Source: Dehalococcoidia bacterium (GTDB lineage: Bacteria > Chloroflexota > Dehalococcoidia > Lucifugimonadales > G963668185). Taken from it: a stretch of 64,000 nucleotides of DNA. Made by a program: the position numbers and the translations under genes. Under the pieces are notes generated by a model, which did no database searches, was not told where the DNA came from, and worked only from the letters and a program-made list of their open reading frames with translations. Shown here piece by piece: positions 1 to 9,517 of this stretch (its first letter is position 1; the number at the start of each line of letters is the position of its first letter). The DNA lies in contig OZ253485.1 of NCBI GenBank assembly GCA_965261935.1, positions 1,304,388 to 1,368,387 of the forward strand. Direction: 5' to 3'.

Positions 1-1
1 C

Positions 2-1807
2 GCCGCGTCGTTGGCCGCCGCCACGATGCTGACGTTCTCTCCCGCGATGCTCTATTTCAGCCGGTTCGCCCGCAACGATATTCTGACCGCCGTCTGGACC
101 CTCGGGCTGGTTGTCTGCCTGTGGCGCTACCTGGATGAAGGGCGCAACCGGTACCTCTACGCCGGTGCGGCGCTGCTGGCCCTTTTCTTCGCAACCAAGG
201 AGACGGCATTCATCTTCACCACAATTCTCGGCTTCTATCTGGCCGCCGTCATCGCGATGCGGCGGCTGGCCGTGTTTCGACGCGTGGCCAGGCGGGCAGG
301 CGGAGGCGCGTTACACACGGTCCGCGTTGCGGCAGCATTCCTCCGGCGGGGGATAGACCTCTCACGCCTTTCGAGGGAGGGCGCGTTCTTCCTGATGCTG
401 TTCACGCTGTCGCTTCCCCAGGGCGCTGCGCTCGCCGGACTGCTGCAGGACACGGCCCTGCTCCGTTGGTCCGGCCTCACGCTCGCACGCACCGCGTCCG
501 CAGGCGGTCCTATCGGCGCGCCCGAAGGCGGCGGCCTGGTGGTGGCCGGTGCGATCGTCGTCGCTCTGCTGGCGGTGTCGTTCCGGCTCGGACTCCTGTG
601 GCGCTGGCGCGTTTGGCTCGGCTGCGCCGTCGTCTTCTACGTAATCTGGCTGCTGCTGTATTCCACCTTCTTTACGAACCTGGACGGCATAGGCTCCGGC
701 TGGTGGCGGTCCCTGGGCTACTGGCAGGCGCAGCAGGAGGTGGCGCGCGGCCACCAGCCCTTCTATTACTATCTCCTCCTGGCGCCCCTGTACGAGTTCC
801 TGCCCATGCTCTTCTCGCTGGCGGCGAGCGTGTACTACCTCCGGCGGCGGGACCGCCTTGGCCGCTTCCTGGTGTTCTGGACCGTCGCAACGTTCCTGAT
901 GTACACCATGGCCGCGGAGAAGATGCCATGGCTGCTCGTGAACATTGCCCTGCCCATGGTCCTGCTCGCGGCAAAGCTCATGGCCGACCTGTGGGCGTCG
1001 ATCGAGTGGCGCAGGCTGGTGTCTGGAGGCGGCATCCTTGTGCTGCCTGCCGTGCCGTTGCTCCTGTGGGCGCTGTGGCGGCTCGCGTTCACCGGCCTGG
1101 ATTCCGGTCCCGCCTCGAACGTCCTGGAGACGGCCGGCCTGGTCGTCATCGCCGTTTCGGCGGCCGGCGTCTGCGCCCTGGCGAGCGTCCGGTGGGGCTT
1201 CCGGAGCGCGGCGTCCTTCGCGGCGATTCCGCTGGCGCTGGTCCTGCTTGCCATCACAATAAGGGTGGGAACAACCGCAGCCTACGCGAACGGAGACCGC
1301 CCCGTTGAGATGATCGTGTACACCCAGAGCAGCCCGGACCTGCCACGGCTCCTCGACGAGATCGAGGGCGTCGCGGCCACCACCGGCGAGGGCCGCGACG
1401 TTCCAATCACGATCGACGGCACGAGCGGGTTCGCCTGGCCGTGGGCTTGGTACCTGCGCGACCACACAAGAGTTGGCTACCCGTCCTACACTGCACAGAC
1501 GCCCGACGCCTCTCCAGACGCCGCCGTCGTCATCGTCCACGGCAACAACCGCGACACCTTCAACCTCACGGTCGAGGAGGGCTACAAGGAGGAGGTCAGG
1601 ATCAAGCACAGGTGGTGGTTCCCTGAGCACACGTATCGGGACCTGACGGTCGGCAAGGTCATCCGGTCCTTCGCGGACCGTGGAAGCTGGCGCAGGGCGA
1701 TGGACTACTTCATGCACCGCAAGCTCTCGTCCGGCCTGGGCAGCGAGGACGCATACGTCTACATCGCCGAGGACCTGCCTCAGACGTTCGAGGTCGACAA
1801 CCAGTGA
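2..1807 (+). CDS. Polytopic membrane protein, GT-C/ArnT-PMT-like (TIGR03663-type); 5' end lies outside the window
   Basis: Long ORF open to the left edge. It has many hydrophobic helices (LTFSPAMLYFSRFARNDILTAVWTLGLVV, FFATKETAFIF) followed by a soluble C-terminal domain. Codon usage is typical of the window. Confidence 0.6.
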   Translation, partial: AASLAAATMLTFSPAMLYFSRFARNDILTAVWTLGLVVCLWRYLDEGRNRYLYAGAALLALFFATKETAFIFTTILGFYLAAVIAMRRLAVFRRVARRAGGGALHTVRVAAAFLRRGIDLSRLSREGAFFLMLFTLSLPQGAALAGLLQDTALLRWSGLTLARTASAGGPIGAPEGGGLVVAGAIVVALLAVSFRLGLLWRWRVWLGCAVVFYVIWLLLYSTFFTNLDGIGSGWWRSLGYWQAQQEVARGHQPFYYYLLLAPLYEFLPMLFSLAASVYYLRRRDRLGRFLVFWTVATFLMYTMAAEKMPWLLVNIALPMVLLAAKLMADLWASIEWRRLVSGGGILVLPAVPLLLWALWRLAFTGLDSGPASNVLETAGLVVIAVSAAGVCALASVRWGFRSAASFAAIPLALVLLAITIRVGTTAAYANGDRPVEMIVYTQSSPDLPRLLDEIEGVAATTGEGRDVPITIDGTSGFAWPWAWYLRDHTRVGYPSYTAQTPDASPDAAVVIVHGNNRDTFNLTVEEGYKEEVRIKHRWWFPEHTYRDLTVGKVIRSFADRGSWRRAMDYFMHRKLSSGLGSEDAYVYIAEDLPQTFEVDNQ

Positions 1808-1844
1808 CGTTCGTCCCAATCGGCCCAACGCCGCAGGCGCTGAC

Positions 1845-2939
1845 ATGACCGTTAAGTTCTGGATCGGCATCGGCCTCAGCGCCGCGCTGCTGGCCCTGTT
1901 CCTCGCGACCGTAGACATCGAGCGAATGCTCGACGCCCTCGCTGGCGCTAGCTACGGCTACCTTGCGCCGGGCATCGCCTTGTACTTCGTCAGCGTCTGG
2001 ATACGAACGGTGAGGTGGCAGAAGCTCCTGCGCCACCTCAAGTCCGCGTCGGTCGCCCGCCTGTTCCCGGTCGTCGTCGTCGGCTTCATGGCGAACCACC
2101 TGCTGCCGATGCGCATCGGCGAGCTGGTGCGCAGCTACCACCTGAGCGAGCGTGAGGGCGTCAGCAAAGCGTCGGCGTTCGCCACGATCATGATCGAGCG
2201 CGTTATGGACGCCATAACGCTATTGGCGTTCGTGGCAGTTGCCGCCGGCTTCCTGCCGGTTATCGGCCTGGCACAGGCCTTCGGCGAAAAGTCCAGAATC
2301 CCGTGGCCCATGCTTGCCGTGGGAGCCAGTCTGCCCTTCATCCTCATGTTCGGGGTGCTGATTCTGTTGGCGCTTTACCCATCCCGCGCCGCTGGCTTTG
2401 TCCGTCTGGCCGTGCGCGCGATTCCTTCGCGCGCCGGACGACCTCTCATAGAACTCGCAAGCCTCTTCCTCGACGGCCTAGCATCGTTGCGCAGCCCAGT
2501 CCGAGTCGCCGGGCTGCTCCTGCTCTCGGCGCCGATCTGGCTGCTCGAGGCTGCGCTCTTCTACCTCGCCGGGCTATCCTTCGGACTGGATGCCGCGTTC
2601 GGCGGCAAAATGGAGATGGCGCTCACGATGGTACTTGTCACGGCCGTCGCAAAGATCGGCAGTTCGGTGCCCGCGGCCCCCGGAGGCATCGGCCTGTTCG
2701 AGTTGATCGCACGCGAGACGCTCGTGCTGCTCCCCGCGGCGTCCATCGACCGGTCCGTCGCCGCAGGCTACGCTGCCGTAGTGCACGCCGCGCTGCTACT
2801 TCCGATGATCCTGCTGGGCCAGGCGTTCCTCTGGTCTGAGCATCTATCGCTGCGCCGCCTCTGGAGGGCGGGAAGCAGCCCTGCGCAGGCCCGCGCCGAT
2901 GCGCCCCAACACGCCGGACTCCGCGGTGAGTGCGAATGA
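1845..2939 (+). CDS. Flippase-like membrane protein (UPF0104 / lysyl-phosphatidylglycerol-synthase TM-region family)
   Basis: ATG at 1845 is in frame within ORF 1680..2939. The N-terminus MTVKFWIGIGLSAALLALFLATVD and the multi-TM pattern with RTVRWQKLL are typical of the family. The upstream 55 codons overlap the previous gene and are Arg/Ser/Thr-rich. Confidence 0.6.
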   Translation: MTVKFWIGIGLSAALLALFLATVDIERMLDALAGASYGYLAPGIALYFVSVWIRTVRWQKLLRHLKSASVARLFPVVVVGFMANHLLPMRIGELVRSYHLSEREGVSKASAFATIMIERVMDAITLLAFVAVAAGFLPVIGLAQAFGEKSRIPWPMLAVGASLPFILMFGVLILLALYPSRAAGFVRLAVRAIPSRAGRPLIELASLFLDGLASLRSPVRVAGLLLLSAPIWLLEAALFYLAGLSFGLDAAFGGKMEMALTMVLVTAVAKIGSSVPAAPGGIGLFELIARETLVLLPAASIDRSVAAGYAAVVHAALLLPMILLGQAFLWSEHLSLRRLWRAGSSPAQARADAPQHAGLRGECE

Positions 2940-4261
2940 AGGTCGGCATCATCGGCGGCGGCGCGACCGGCCTCGCGGCGGCCTACGAGCTCGGCCTCCG
3001 GGGCCACGAGGCCGTCGTCTTTGAGCGCACCGGCTTCCTTGGCGGCCAGGCGTCCACGTTCGACGTTGGTGGCGGAAGGCTGGAGCGCGGCTACCATCAC
3101 CTGTTCACCGGCGACCGCGCCATCCTCGACCTGATGGACGAGATCGGGCTAGGCGACCGCGTCCTGTTCTTCGACTCGAAGGTCGGCACCCTGCATGACG
3201 GGAAGATCTACGACTTCGTGACCGCCACCGACCTTCTCAAATTCACGCCTCTCAGTCTCGTGGACAGGCTCCGCCTCGGCCTCGTCACCCTCTGGCTGCG
3301 TATGATGAAGGACTGGCGGCCTCTGGAGCGACACACCGCCGCCGCGTGGCTCAGGAAGTACGCGGGCGCTGGCTGCTACGACACCTTCTGGGGGCCCATG
3401 CTCAGGGGCAAGTTCGGCGAGCAGTACTTCGAAGAGGTCGGCATGGCCTGGGTCTGGGGCAAGATCCACACACGCTTCGCCTCCCGGAAAGGCGGCGTCG
3501 GCAAGGAGCAGCTCGTCTACCCCGCCGGCAGCTTCGGCGAGGTGTTCGACATCCTCGCCGACCGCATCCGAGCCCAGTCCGGCCGCATCCACCTGTGCAG
3601 CGAGGTGACCGGCGTGGTGGTCAAGGATGGTCAAGCCACGGGCCTGCGCGTATCAGACGGCCCGGATTCAGACGAGACGCACGTGTTCGATGCCGTCATT
3701 TCCACCACACAGTCCCACATCTTCCGTCGCCTCGCGCCTGGCCTGCCCGAGAGCTACGTCGAGAAGCTGGAGGCCGCGAAGTACATGGCCGCCGTCCTCC
3801 TGATACTCGTGCTGGACCGGCCGCTGTCCCGCGTCTACTGGCTGAACGTCGCGGACCGATCTATACCGTTCGTCGGCGTGATCGAGCAGACGAACCTCGT
3901 GGACCCGTCACACTACGGCGGCAACCACGTCGTATACCTGTCGAACTACCTGGACAGGAGCGACCGGCTGTACTGCCTGGGCCATGACGAGCTGCTGTCC
4001 GAGTACCTCCCGCACATTCGCAAGATCAACCCGGCCTTCGACCCGTCATGGATCGTGGAATCCCACCACCACCGCGTCGACGCCGCCCAGCCGATCATAG
4101 GCGCGGACTACTCAGGCCGGATGCCCGACCTGCGCACGCCCGTCCGGAGCCTGTACCTGTGCAACACCACACAGATCTACCCCGAGGACCGCGGCACCAA
4201 CTACAGCGTGCTCATGGGCCGCAAAGTCGCCCGCATGGTCATGGAAGACGCCGGATACTGA
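2936..4261 (+). CDS. NAD(P)/FAD-dependent oxidoreductase (amine-oxidase / desaturase-like fold)
   Basis: N-terminal dinucleotide-binding motif KVGIIGGGATGLAAAYEL..VFER..LGGQ. ATG 2936 overlaps the upstream TGA (ATGA at 2936-2939). Confidence 0.7.
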   Translation: MKVGIIGGGATGLAAAYELGLRGHEAVVFERTGFLGGQASTFDVGGGRLERGYHHLFTGDRAILDLMDEIGLGDRVLFFDSKVGTLHDGKIYDFVTATDLLKFTPLSLVDRLRLGLVTLWLRMMKDWRPLERHTAAAWLRKYAGAGCYDTFWGPMLRGKFGEQYFEEVGMAWVWGKIHTRFASRKGGVGKEQLVYPAGSFGEVFDILADRIRAQSGRIHLCSEVTGVVVKDGQATGLRVSDGPDSDETHVFDAVISTTQSHIFRRLAPGLPESYVEKLEAAKYMAAVLLILVLDRPLSRVYWLNVADRSIPFVGVIEQTNLVDPSHYGGNHVVYLSNYLDRSDRLYCLGHDELLSEYLPHIRKINPAFDPSWIVESHHHRVDAAQPIIGADYSGRMPDLRTPVRSLYLCNTTQIYPEDRGTNYSVLMGRKVARMVMEDAGY

Positions 4262-4454
4262 GCCTAGCAGCCGCTTTGAAACGCACTCTCTAACCTTGAA
4301 GGCTGCCTCTTTCGCCCCGTCATACCGGCGACGGCCGGTATCCAGAGGGGAGGGGTCGGGGTTTCACTGCCCGCAACAAGGCCCTGAAACCCGTGGTCTC
4401 CGCCCGTTTTATGCCTTAGCCTGCCCCAACAACACGTTCATCGAGGGAGGCATC

Positions 4455-4664
4455 ATGGTCAAGCAGAGGTTCGTATGCGCCAAATGCGGTAGCTCCGACT
4501 ACAGCTCCGGCGAGATCCGCACCACCGGGTCGGGCGTGTCCCGCTTCCTGAACATGCAGAACCAGAAGTTCGCCGTCGTCTCATGTACCGGCTGCGGCTA
4601 CTCGGAGCTGTACCGCATGGACGGCAGCGGCATCAGCAACATCTTCGACATCTTTACCAACTAG
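4455..4664 (+). CDS. Small zinc-ribbon protein (two CxxC pairs)
   Basis: ATG 4455 is preceded by GAGGGAGG. Sequence MVKQRFVCAKCGSS...VSCTGCGYSELY carries CxxC...CxxC. The 53 upstream codons of ORF 4296 have no SD and cover hairpin repeats. Confidence 0.6.
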   Translation: MVKQRFVCAKCGSSDYSSGEIRTTGSGVSRFLNMQNQKFAVVSCTGCGYSELYRMDGSGISNIFDIFTN

Positions 4665-4747
4665 GCCGCGACGGCTGCCTGGTCGGCTAGCGCAACTGCA
4701 CGCCCACCACCGCCGCAACCACCCCTCCCAACCCCCATAAAGGAACA

Positions 4748-4771
4748 GACCCCCGGCTAATGCCGGGGGTC
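4748..4771. terminator. Perfect 10-bp stem hairpin between convergent genes (candidate bidirectional terminator)
   Basis: GACCCCCGGC-TAAT-GCCGGGGGTC lies between the 3' ends of 4455..4664 (+) and 4872..6854 (-). Confidence 0.5.
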
Positions 4772-4871
4772 CGCTCCGAGGAGGTTGGGAGGATGGGATG
4801 TTCACATTACTCCCGGCCCGTTCACACGGGCCTGCCTGCGCCCGCTTGAAGCGCGCATCCTCTGGTTTCGC

Positions 4872-6854
4872 CTACTGCCCTAGGTCCTCCTCCCAGTCGT
4901 GCGCGCTGCGGGTCGGGTGGCTCAAGTCGATCCACGCCTTCAGCCACAGGTCGCCAACGCTGCCCGACAGCTGCGGTCCGGGGTTCTTCACCCACTCTGG
5001 GAACATGTTCGTGTTCGTCCAGTTCGGGACCGCGACGTCGTACTGCATGTCAGCCAGGTACCTCTGGATCTCGTGGTAGATCGGCAACCGCTCCGCCGGG
5101 TCCAGCACCGACCGTCCCTGGATGATCAGGTCGTCCAGGTGAGGGTCGCTCAACCCTATGAAGTTGTTCACCGATTCGCTGTGGAAGCGGTTATAGAACA
5201 GCGCGTCGGCGTCCAGCCAGCCTGAGTTGTACCAGAGCGCCAGGCCGGTGAAGTCGCCCTTGCGCACACGGTTGAACTCGATCCGGTCCAGCGACACCAG
5301 CTCGGCGTCGATTCCGATCTTGCCCAGGTCGGCGAGGTAGTTGTTGGACACGTCGATGATCGACTGGTCGGTGCCCTTTATCGTGAACGTCGTCTTGACA
5401 GGCTTATCCAGGGGCAGGCCGAGCTCCTGCTTGGCCTCCATCACGTACTGCTTAGCCTTATCCAGATCCATGGTCGGGTCGGGGAAGTTCGTGTAGAACT
5501 GAGCCCCATCTTCGTTCAACTCATCGAACGCTAGGAACCACGGGTTGTCCGCCGCCACCAGGCGCGTCGGCTGGATTCCGCCGGTCACCGCGCACCAGGC
5601 CTGGCAGGAGATGTCGTTGTACAACGCCACCGCCCACCGGAGCTTCTGGTTCTCCCAGATTCCCTCGATCTTCGGGCCGTAGTGGTAGTTTGCGTACGCG
5701 CCGCCGCCCGTCGAGTGGTAGTGGAACACCAGGTCCGACCGGTCGCTCAGGGCCTCCAGGTGGTCGTCAAGCGCGCTCCAGAATCCCCAGCACCACCAGG
5801 AGGGGCCGTGATCCATTAGCCCGGAGCGGTACATGGCCATAACGGCCGCCTCTTCCGGGATGATGAGCACGTTGAAGTACTGGATGTAGGGCAGTTCCTG
5901 GCCGGTGATGCCGTTGGGCCCTCGGAAGTACTGCTCGTTCCTCACGAACTGCTGCTTAACGCCCACTTCGTAGTCGTCGATCATGTATTGGCCCGTTCCG
6001 ATCATCGCATCGAACGAGTTCAGGTCCCCGAACTCGTCCTCCACCTCAGGCGCGCGGATCGGGTATCCAAGAGCCTGTGACACCGTGGTCATGAACGGAG
6101 CGTACGGCGTATCGAACTTGAACTCAACCTCGTAGTCGCTGAGCACGTTCACCTCGGACACCGGTCCCAGGGCGGGCGCCTGCCTGGAGTCCGGCGCTAA
6201 GCTTCGCTCGAAGCTGTACTTCACATCGTCCGCCACCACCTCGCGCCCGTCCACGGGAGCCGTGTCGTGGAACATCACGCCCTCGCGCAGCTTGAACACG
6301 ATGTGCGTCGGACTGATGAACTCCCAGGACTCCGCAAGCTCAGGCAGCGGCCGGTAGTCGCCCACCACCAGTGGCTCTTCTCTGTACCAGTGCGTCAGGG
6401 TATCGAAGTGGTTGCTGTAGCCCCACCAGCCGCAGCCGGTCTTGTCCGTATCGAAACACGTTGCGTCGACACCGCGAACGCGCACGACGCCGTCTCTCCT
6501 TGGAGTCTCGGTGGTCATATGGACGCGCTGGCCCTCCGTCGGCACGTCGGTGCTGTACGACTGCGCCAGGTCGTCCAGGTCCGTCCCGCCCGTGTCATCC
6601 ATGGTCTCTTCGGCCATGGACGTATCATCCATAGACTCCTCAGCCATGGACGTATCATCCATAGACTCCTCAGCCATGGACGTGTCATCCATTGCGTCGG
6701 TTTCCGTCTCTACGGCGGTAGCGCCGGTGTCTTCCTCCGCTGCGCCGCACGCCGCGAGCGTGAGAGCTAGGATCGCCAGCAGGGCAATACCTATAATCGC
6801 CTTTCCGAATTGCTCGATCTTCATACGCCTTCTCCTGCTCAGCTGCTTGCCCAT
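4872..6854 (-). CDS. ABC-transporter substrate-binding lipoprotein, family 5 (peptide/nickel/opine type)
   Basis: Signal peptide plus lipobox (LALTLAACGAAEED), an acidic repeat linker, then a roughly 550-aa SBP_bac_5-like body (FKLREGVMFHD, IGTGQYMIDDY). No permease or ATPase genes are adjacent. Confidence 0.75.
   Translation of the reverse strand: MGKQLSRRRRMKIEQFGKAIIGIALLAILALTLAACGAAEEDTGATAVETETDAMDDTSMAEESMDDTSMAEESMDDTSMAEETMDDTGGTDLDDLAQSYSTDVPTEGQRVHMTTETPRRDGVVRVRGVDATCFDTDKTGCGWWGYSNHFDTLTHWYREEPLVVGDYRPLPELAESWEFISPTHIVFKLREGVMFHDTAPVDGREVVADDVKYSFERSLAPDSRQAPALGPVSEVNVLSDYEVEFKFDTPYAPFMTTVSQALGYPIRAPEVEDEFGDLNSFDAMIGTGQYMIDDYEVGVKQQFVRNEQYFRGPNGITGQELPYIQYFNVLIIPEEAAVMAMYRSGLMDHGPSWWCWGFWSALDDHLEALSDRSDLVFHYHSTGGGAYANYHYGPKIEGIWENQKLRWAVALYNDISCQAWCAVTGGIQPTRLVAADNPWFLAFDELNEDGAQFYTNFPDPTMDLDKAKQYVMEAKQELGLPLDKPVKTTFTIKGTDQSIIDVSNNYLADLGKIGIDAELVSLDRIEFNRVRKGDFTGLALWYNSGWLDADALFYNRFHSESVNNFIGLSDPHLDDLIIQGRSVLDPAERLPIYHEIQRYLADMQYDVAVPNWTNTNMFPEWVKNPGPQLSGSVGDLWLKAWIDLSHPTRSAHDWEEDLGQ
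6592..6692 (-). repeat. In-frame 30-bp tandem repeat (about 3.3 copies) encoding (MDDTSMAEES)n in the SBP linker
   Basis: Units 6622..6651 and 6652..6681 are identical (gtatcatccatagactcctcagccatggac). The flanking units are diverged. Confidence 0.9.
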
Positions 6855-6956
6855 CTCTACGCACCCCTCCCTATAATAACCGCAGGCTAGTAGTAGTTTA
6901 AGGTTATGTCAAGATTGTGATTTGGCACACAAGCAGGGTCCGTCGCCATCGGTTGC

Positions 6957-8291
6957 CTACGCCGCCCCCTCCTCGCGCAGGTCTCTGAGGGCCTGTGCGA
7001 AGGCATCGGCCGTCTCGTCGACGGCCTCCTCGCTGTGGGCCGAAGAGACGAAGAACGCGCGCCCTCCCATCATGTCCACACCGTTGACCAGCGCCGCCTG
7101 CCGCAGCGCCATCGTCTTCGCGCGCGGCATCGCCGCCTCTATCTCGTCGTAAGGCATCGTGCACATGCCGCGGTCGCAGTCGCAGTCCGCGCCCAGCGTC
7201 ACGTGGACGATCGACGATATCCCGTGCGCGTGGCCGGCTACTTCGTTTCGGATGAACGCATCGTTCAGGCCCTGCTTCAGCCGCTCCGCCATGGCGTCCG
7301 CCCCCGCGTTCACGCCTTGCGTGGCGATCGCCTCCAGCGTCGCGATGCCCGCGGCCGCCGTGACCGGCTGCGCGTTGTACGTGCCCCCTTGGGCCACACG
7401 GCCTATTCCGTCCCAGTCCGGGTCGTTCCGGAACGCCATCAGTTCCATGATGTCCGCGCGCCCTCCGACAGCGGCGCCCGGCTGGCCTCCCGCTATGATC
7501 TTCGCGAACGTGGAAAGGTCCGGTTCCAGGCCCCACCTCACCTATGCACCTCCGGGCGAAAACCGGAATCCCGTTATGACCTCGTCCATGATGAACACCA
7601 CGCTCCGGCGTTCTGTTATCTCCCGCAGGTCCTGCAGGAACGCCGGGTTCTGCAGAGGGTGCGTCCCGTAGTGCGCTCCGTTGCTCTCGACAATCACGGC
7701 GGCAACGTCCCCGTCTTCGGCCAGGATCCGGTCGACCGCCGACGTGTCCGCTGGCGCCACGATCACCGAATCGAGCACGGCTTGGGGCACGCCGCCGTAC
7801 GACTGCCCCGACTCCGGAACGCCGTAGTCCTGCCAACCGTGGAAGTGGTCCTGGAACTTCACAACCTTCGTCTTGCCGGTGTACGCCCGGGCGAGCCTCA
7901 TCGCCAGGTAAGTCGATTCGGTGCCCGACGATGTGAACCGCACCCTTTCGAGCGACGGCACAAGCCGCTTCACGGCCTCCGCATACCGGACCTCGTGCGT
8001 GGCCGCCCCGCCCATGTGCGTCCCTTTTCCCGCCTGCTCGGCCACCGCCGCCGTTACGCCGGCCGGGCTGTGGCCCATCAACAGGCTCCCGTTTCCCATC
8101 ACGTAATCGGTGATCCGGTTGCCGTCCACGTCGTACTTGTACGGCCCCTCCGCGTGCTCGAAGTGGACCGGAAACGGCGATGTGAAACGGGTCTGGTGCG
8201 TCACGCCCCCCGCGAAAAGCGACTTGCCCCGTTCGTACCACTCCGCCGAACCGCCGAACTTCGACGCGTACCTTTCTTCCACAGTGGACAT
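6957..8291 (-). pseudogene. Class-III PLP aminotransferase (glutamate-1-semialdehyde aminomutase-like) interrupted by a single in-frame TAG at 7542..7544
   Basis: ORFs 7542..8342 and 6957..7541 are in the same frame and contiguous: ...[36 protein letters not shown]... The PLP lysine context (AKIIAGG) is intact. ATG 8291 follows GGGAGGGG. Confidence 0.8.
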
Positions 8292-8710
8292 GTTCCCCTC
8301 CCAAGACTGCTGAATCGCCCGCAGTGTATGCCAGTCCCCCAATCACCGTCATCCACGAGGAATGGCTGAGGATTGATTGTTGTTCTTATCCGTTCGCCCT
8401 GGGTCGCTCCTGAGCTTGTCGAAGGGAGCCTCCTAGAGCCTGAGGAAGGGCCTTTGGAGGATCTTGCGAGTCGGGACAACTAACAAGGCCACATCCGGCT
8501 CGTCAGTTACATCTTTCGTTAGCGTTTACACTCACTTCCTTGGAATTTGCTCAAGCCCGGCATCATCGGCGTTTCTTCCAAGGTCAGCGATCAGTAGTTT
8601 GCACACATCCCTACTGAGTCAGCAAGGGGATACGACCTGCCGAAACCTGAGTGCGGTACGCCTCACCTATGGAGAGGTGCGAAAGGCTTGCAGCAAGACT
8701 TCCTCGGGCC

Positions 8711-9337
8711 TTAAGAGCTAGCTCCTGCGAGGTCATCTTGATGGATTTTGGCCTCTAGCGTTGCCAAATGGTGACTCCACGCAATAAGCCTAAGATGAAC
8801 TTTCTCAAGCGAGTCGTTTCCTTCTTCTCCCCATATGTCTGGACTTGCTATCCCTAATTCGCTCAATTTTCTTGTCAAGAATTCCATTTCAGTTGCAATC
8901 TCAGCAAACACATCACGAGCATTGAGTACTCGCATTGCAATGGTCAATTGCCCAAGCGTGCCAGCGTAAGGCCGAATCAGCCTTCGACATCGTTGAACAT
9001 GCGGTAAACACGCCTTAAACCGCCTGAAGTCTTCATCGGGCCGTGCTGATGTTGGCGGAACGACAGCTAGGGCCTCTTGAGTGTGACCGGATTGCAACCT
9101 CCGTTCAGCGATAACAACCACACGAGAGACAATTGCGCTCATTCGAGGCCACCACCACTCAGATGTGCCAAGAAGTATACTGCCAACTATTCCAACGGGG
9201 TAAATGAAGAGTGGAATCCTAATGTCTTCGACCCATGAATACCACGTAAGGGAATCGTCAATGAATCCTGGTAGACCGTGGGCAAACAACAGCACAGCGA
9301 TGACTGTTCCACTGATAGGTCTTGCCCATTTGCGCAT
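8711..9337 (-). CDS. Hypothetical membrane protein (2-3 N-terminal TM helices plus a helical C-terminal domain), in a compositionally atypical stretch
   Basis: 208-aa ORF with no family recognised. The surrounding roughly 1.1 kb is visibly more AT-rich than its flanks. Confidence 0.45.
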   Translation of the reverse strand: MRKWARPISGTVIAVLLFAHGLPGFIDDSLTWYSWVEDIRIPLFIYPVGIVGSILLGTSEWWWPRMSAIVSRVVVIAERRLQSGHTQEALAVVPPTSARPDEDFRRFKACLPHVQRCRRLIRPYAGTLGQLTIAMRVLNARDVFAEIATEMEFLTRKLSELGIASPDIWGEEGNDSLEKVHLRLIAWSHHLATLEAKIHQDDLAGASS

Positions 9338-9448
9338 TCACTCATGCTATAGCTCGTCTCTCAATTCCGTAAAGTCGACAACACACGAACCTTCCAATAG
9401 CAAAGACAACCGCTAGCATCGAACAATAGTCCCTCAGCCCCCTCCAGC

Positions 9449-9478
9449 TTGCCCGCCCAACTGGCGCCACCATAGAAT
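9449..9478 (+). promoter_or_regulatory. Candidate sigma-70 promoter TTGCCC-N18-TAGAAT upstream of 9518..10489
   Basis: Hexamers at 9449..9454 and 9473..9478, about 40 nt upstream of the ATG, which follows AAAGGAGG. Confidence 0.3.
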
Positions 9479-9517
9479 CGCCACATCCTCGGTGCAACTC
9501 GGACAAAGGAGGCCGAC

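Noticed and set aside
362-1918. 518-aa minus-strand ORF, together with similar long ORFs at 6904..8352 (-), 7035..8369 (+), 17503..18129 (+), 22607..23488 (-), 60239..60946 (both strands), 35673..36257 (-), 47806..48435 (-) and 63599..63985 (-)
   Set aside because: All lie antisense to or out of frame with genes that carry clear family motifs. Their translations are Arg/Pro/Gly/Ala-rich with no recognisable domains and no SD, as expected for shadow ORFs in GC-rich DNA.
6592-6692. The tandem 30-bp repeats as a CRISPR array
   Set aside because: The units are directly adjacent without spacers, are in frame inside a lipoprotein linker, and no cas genes are present.
7542-7544. Pyrrolysine or other programmed recoding as the explanation for the in-frame TAG
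   Set aside because: The aligned residue in the family is Gln, one transition away. No pyl genes or PYLIS-like context are visible in the window. It is kept as a possibility to test, not as the preferred explanation.
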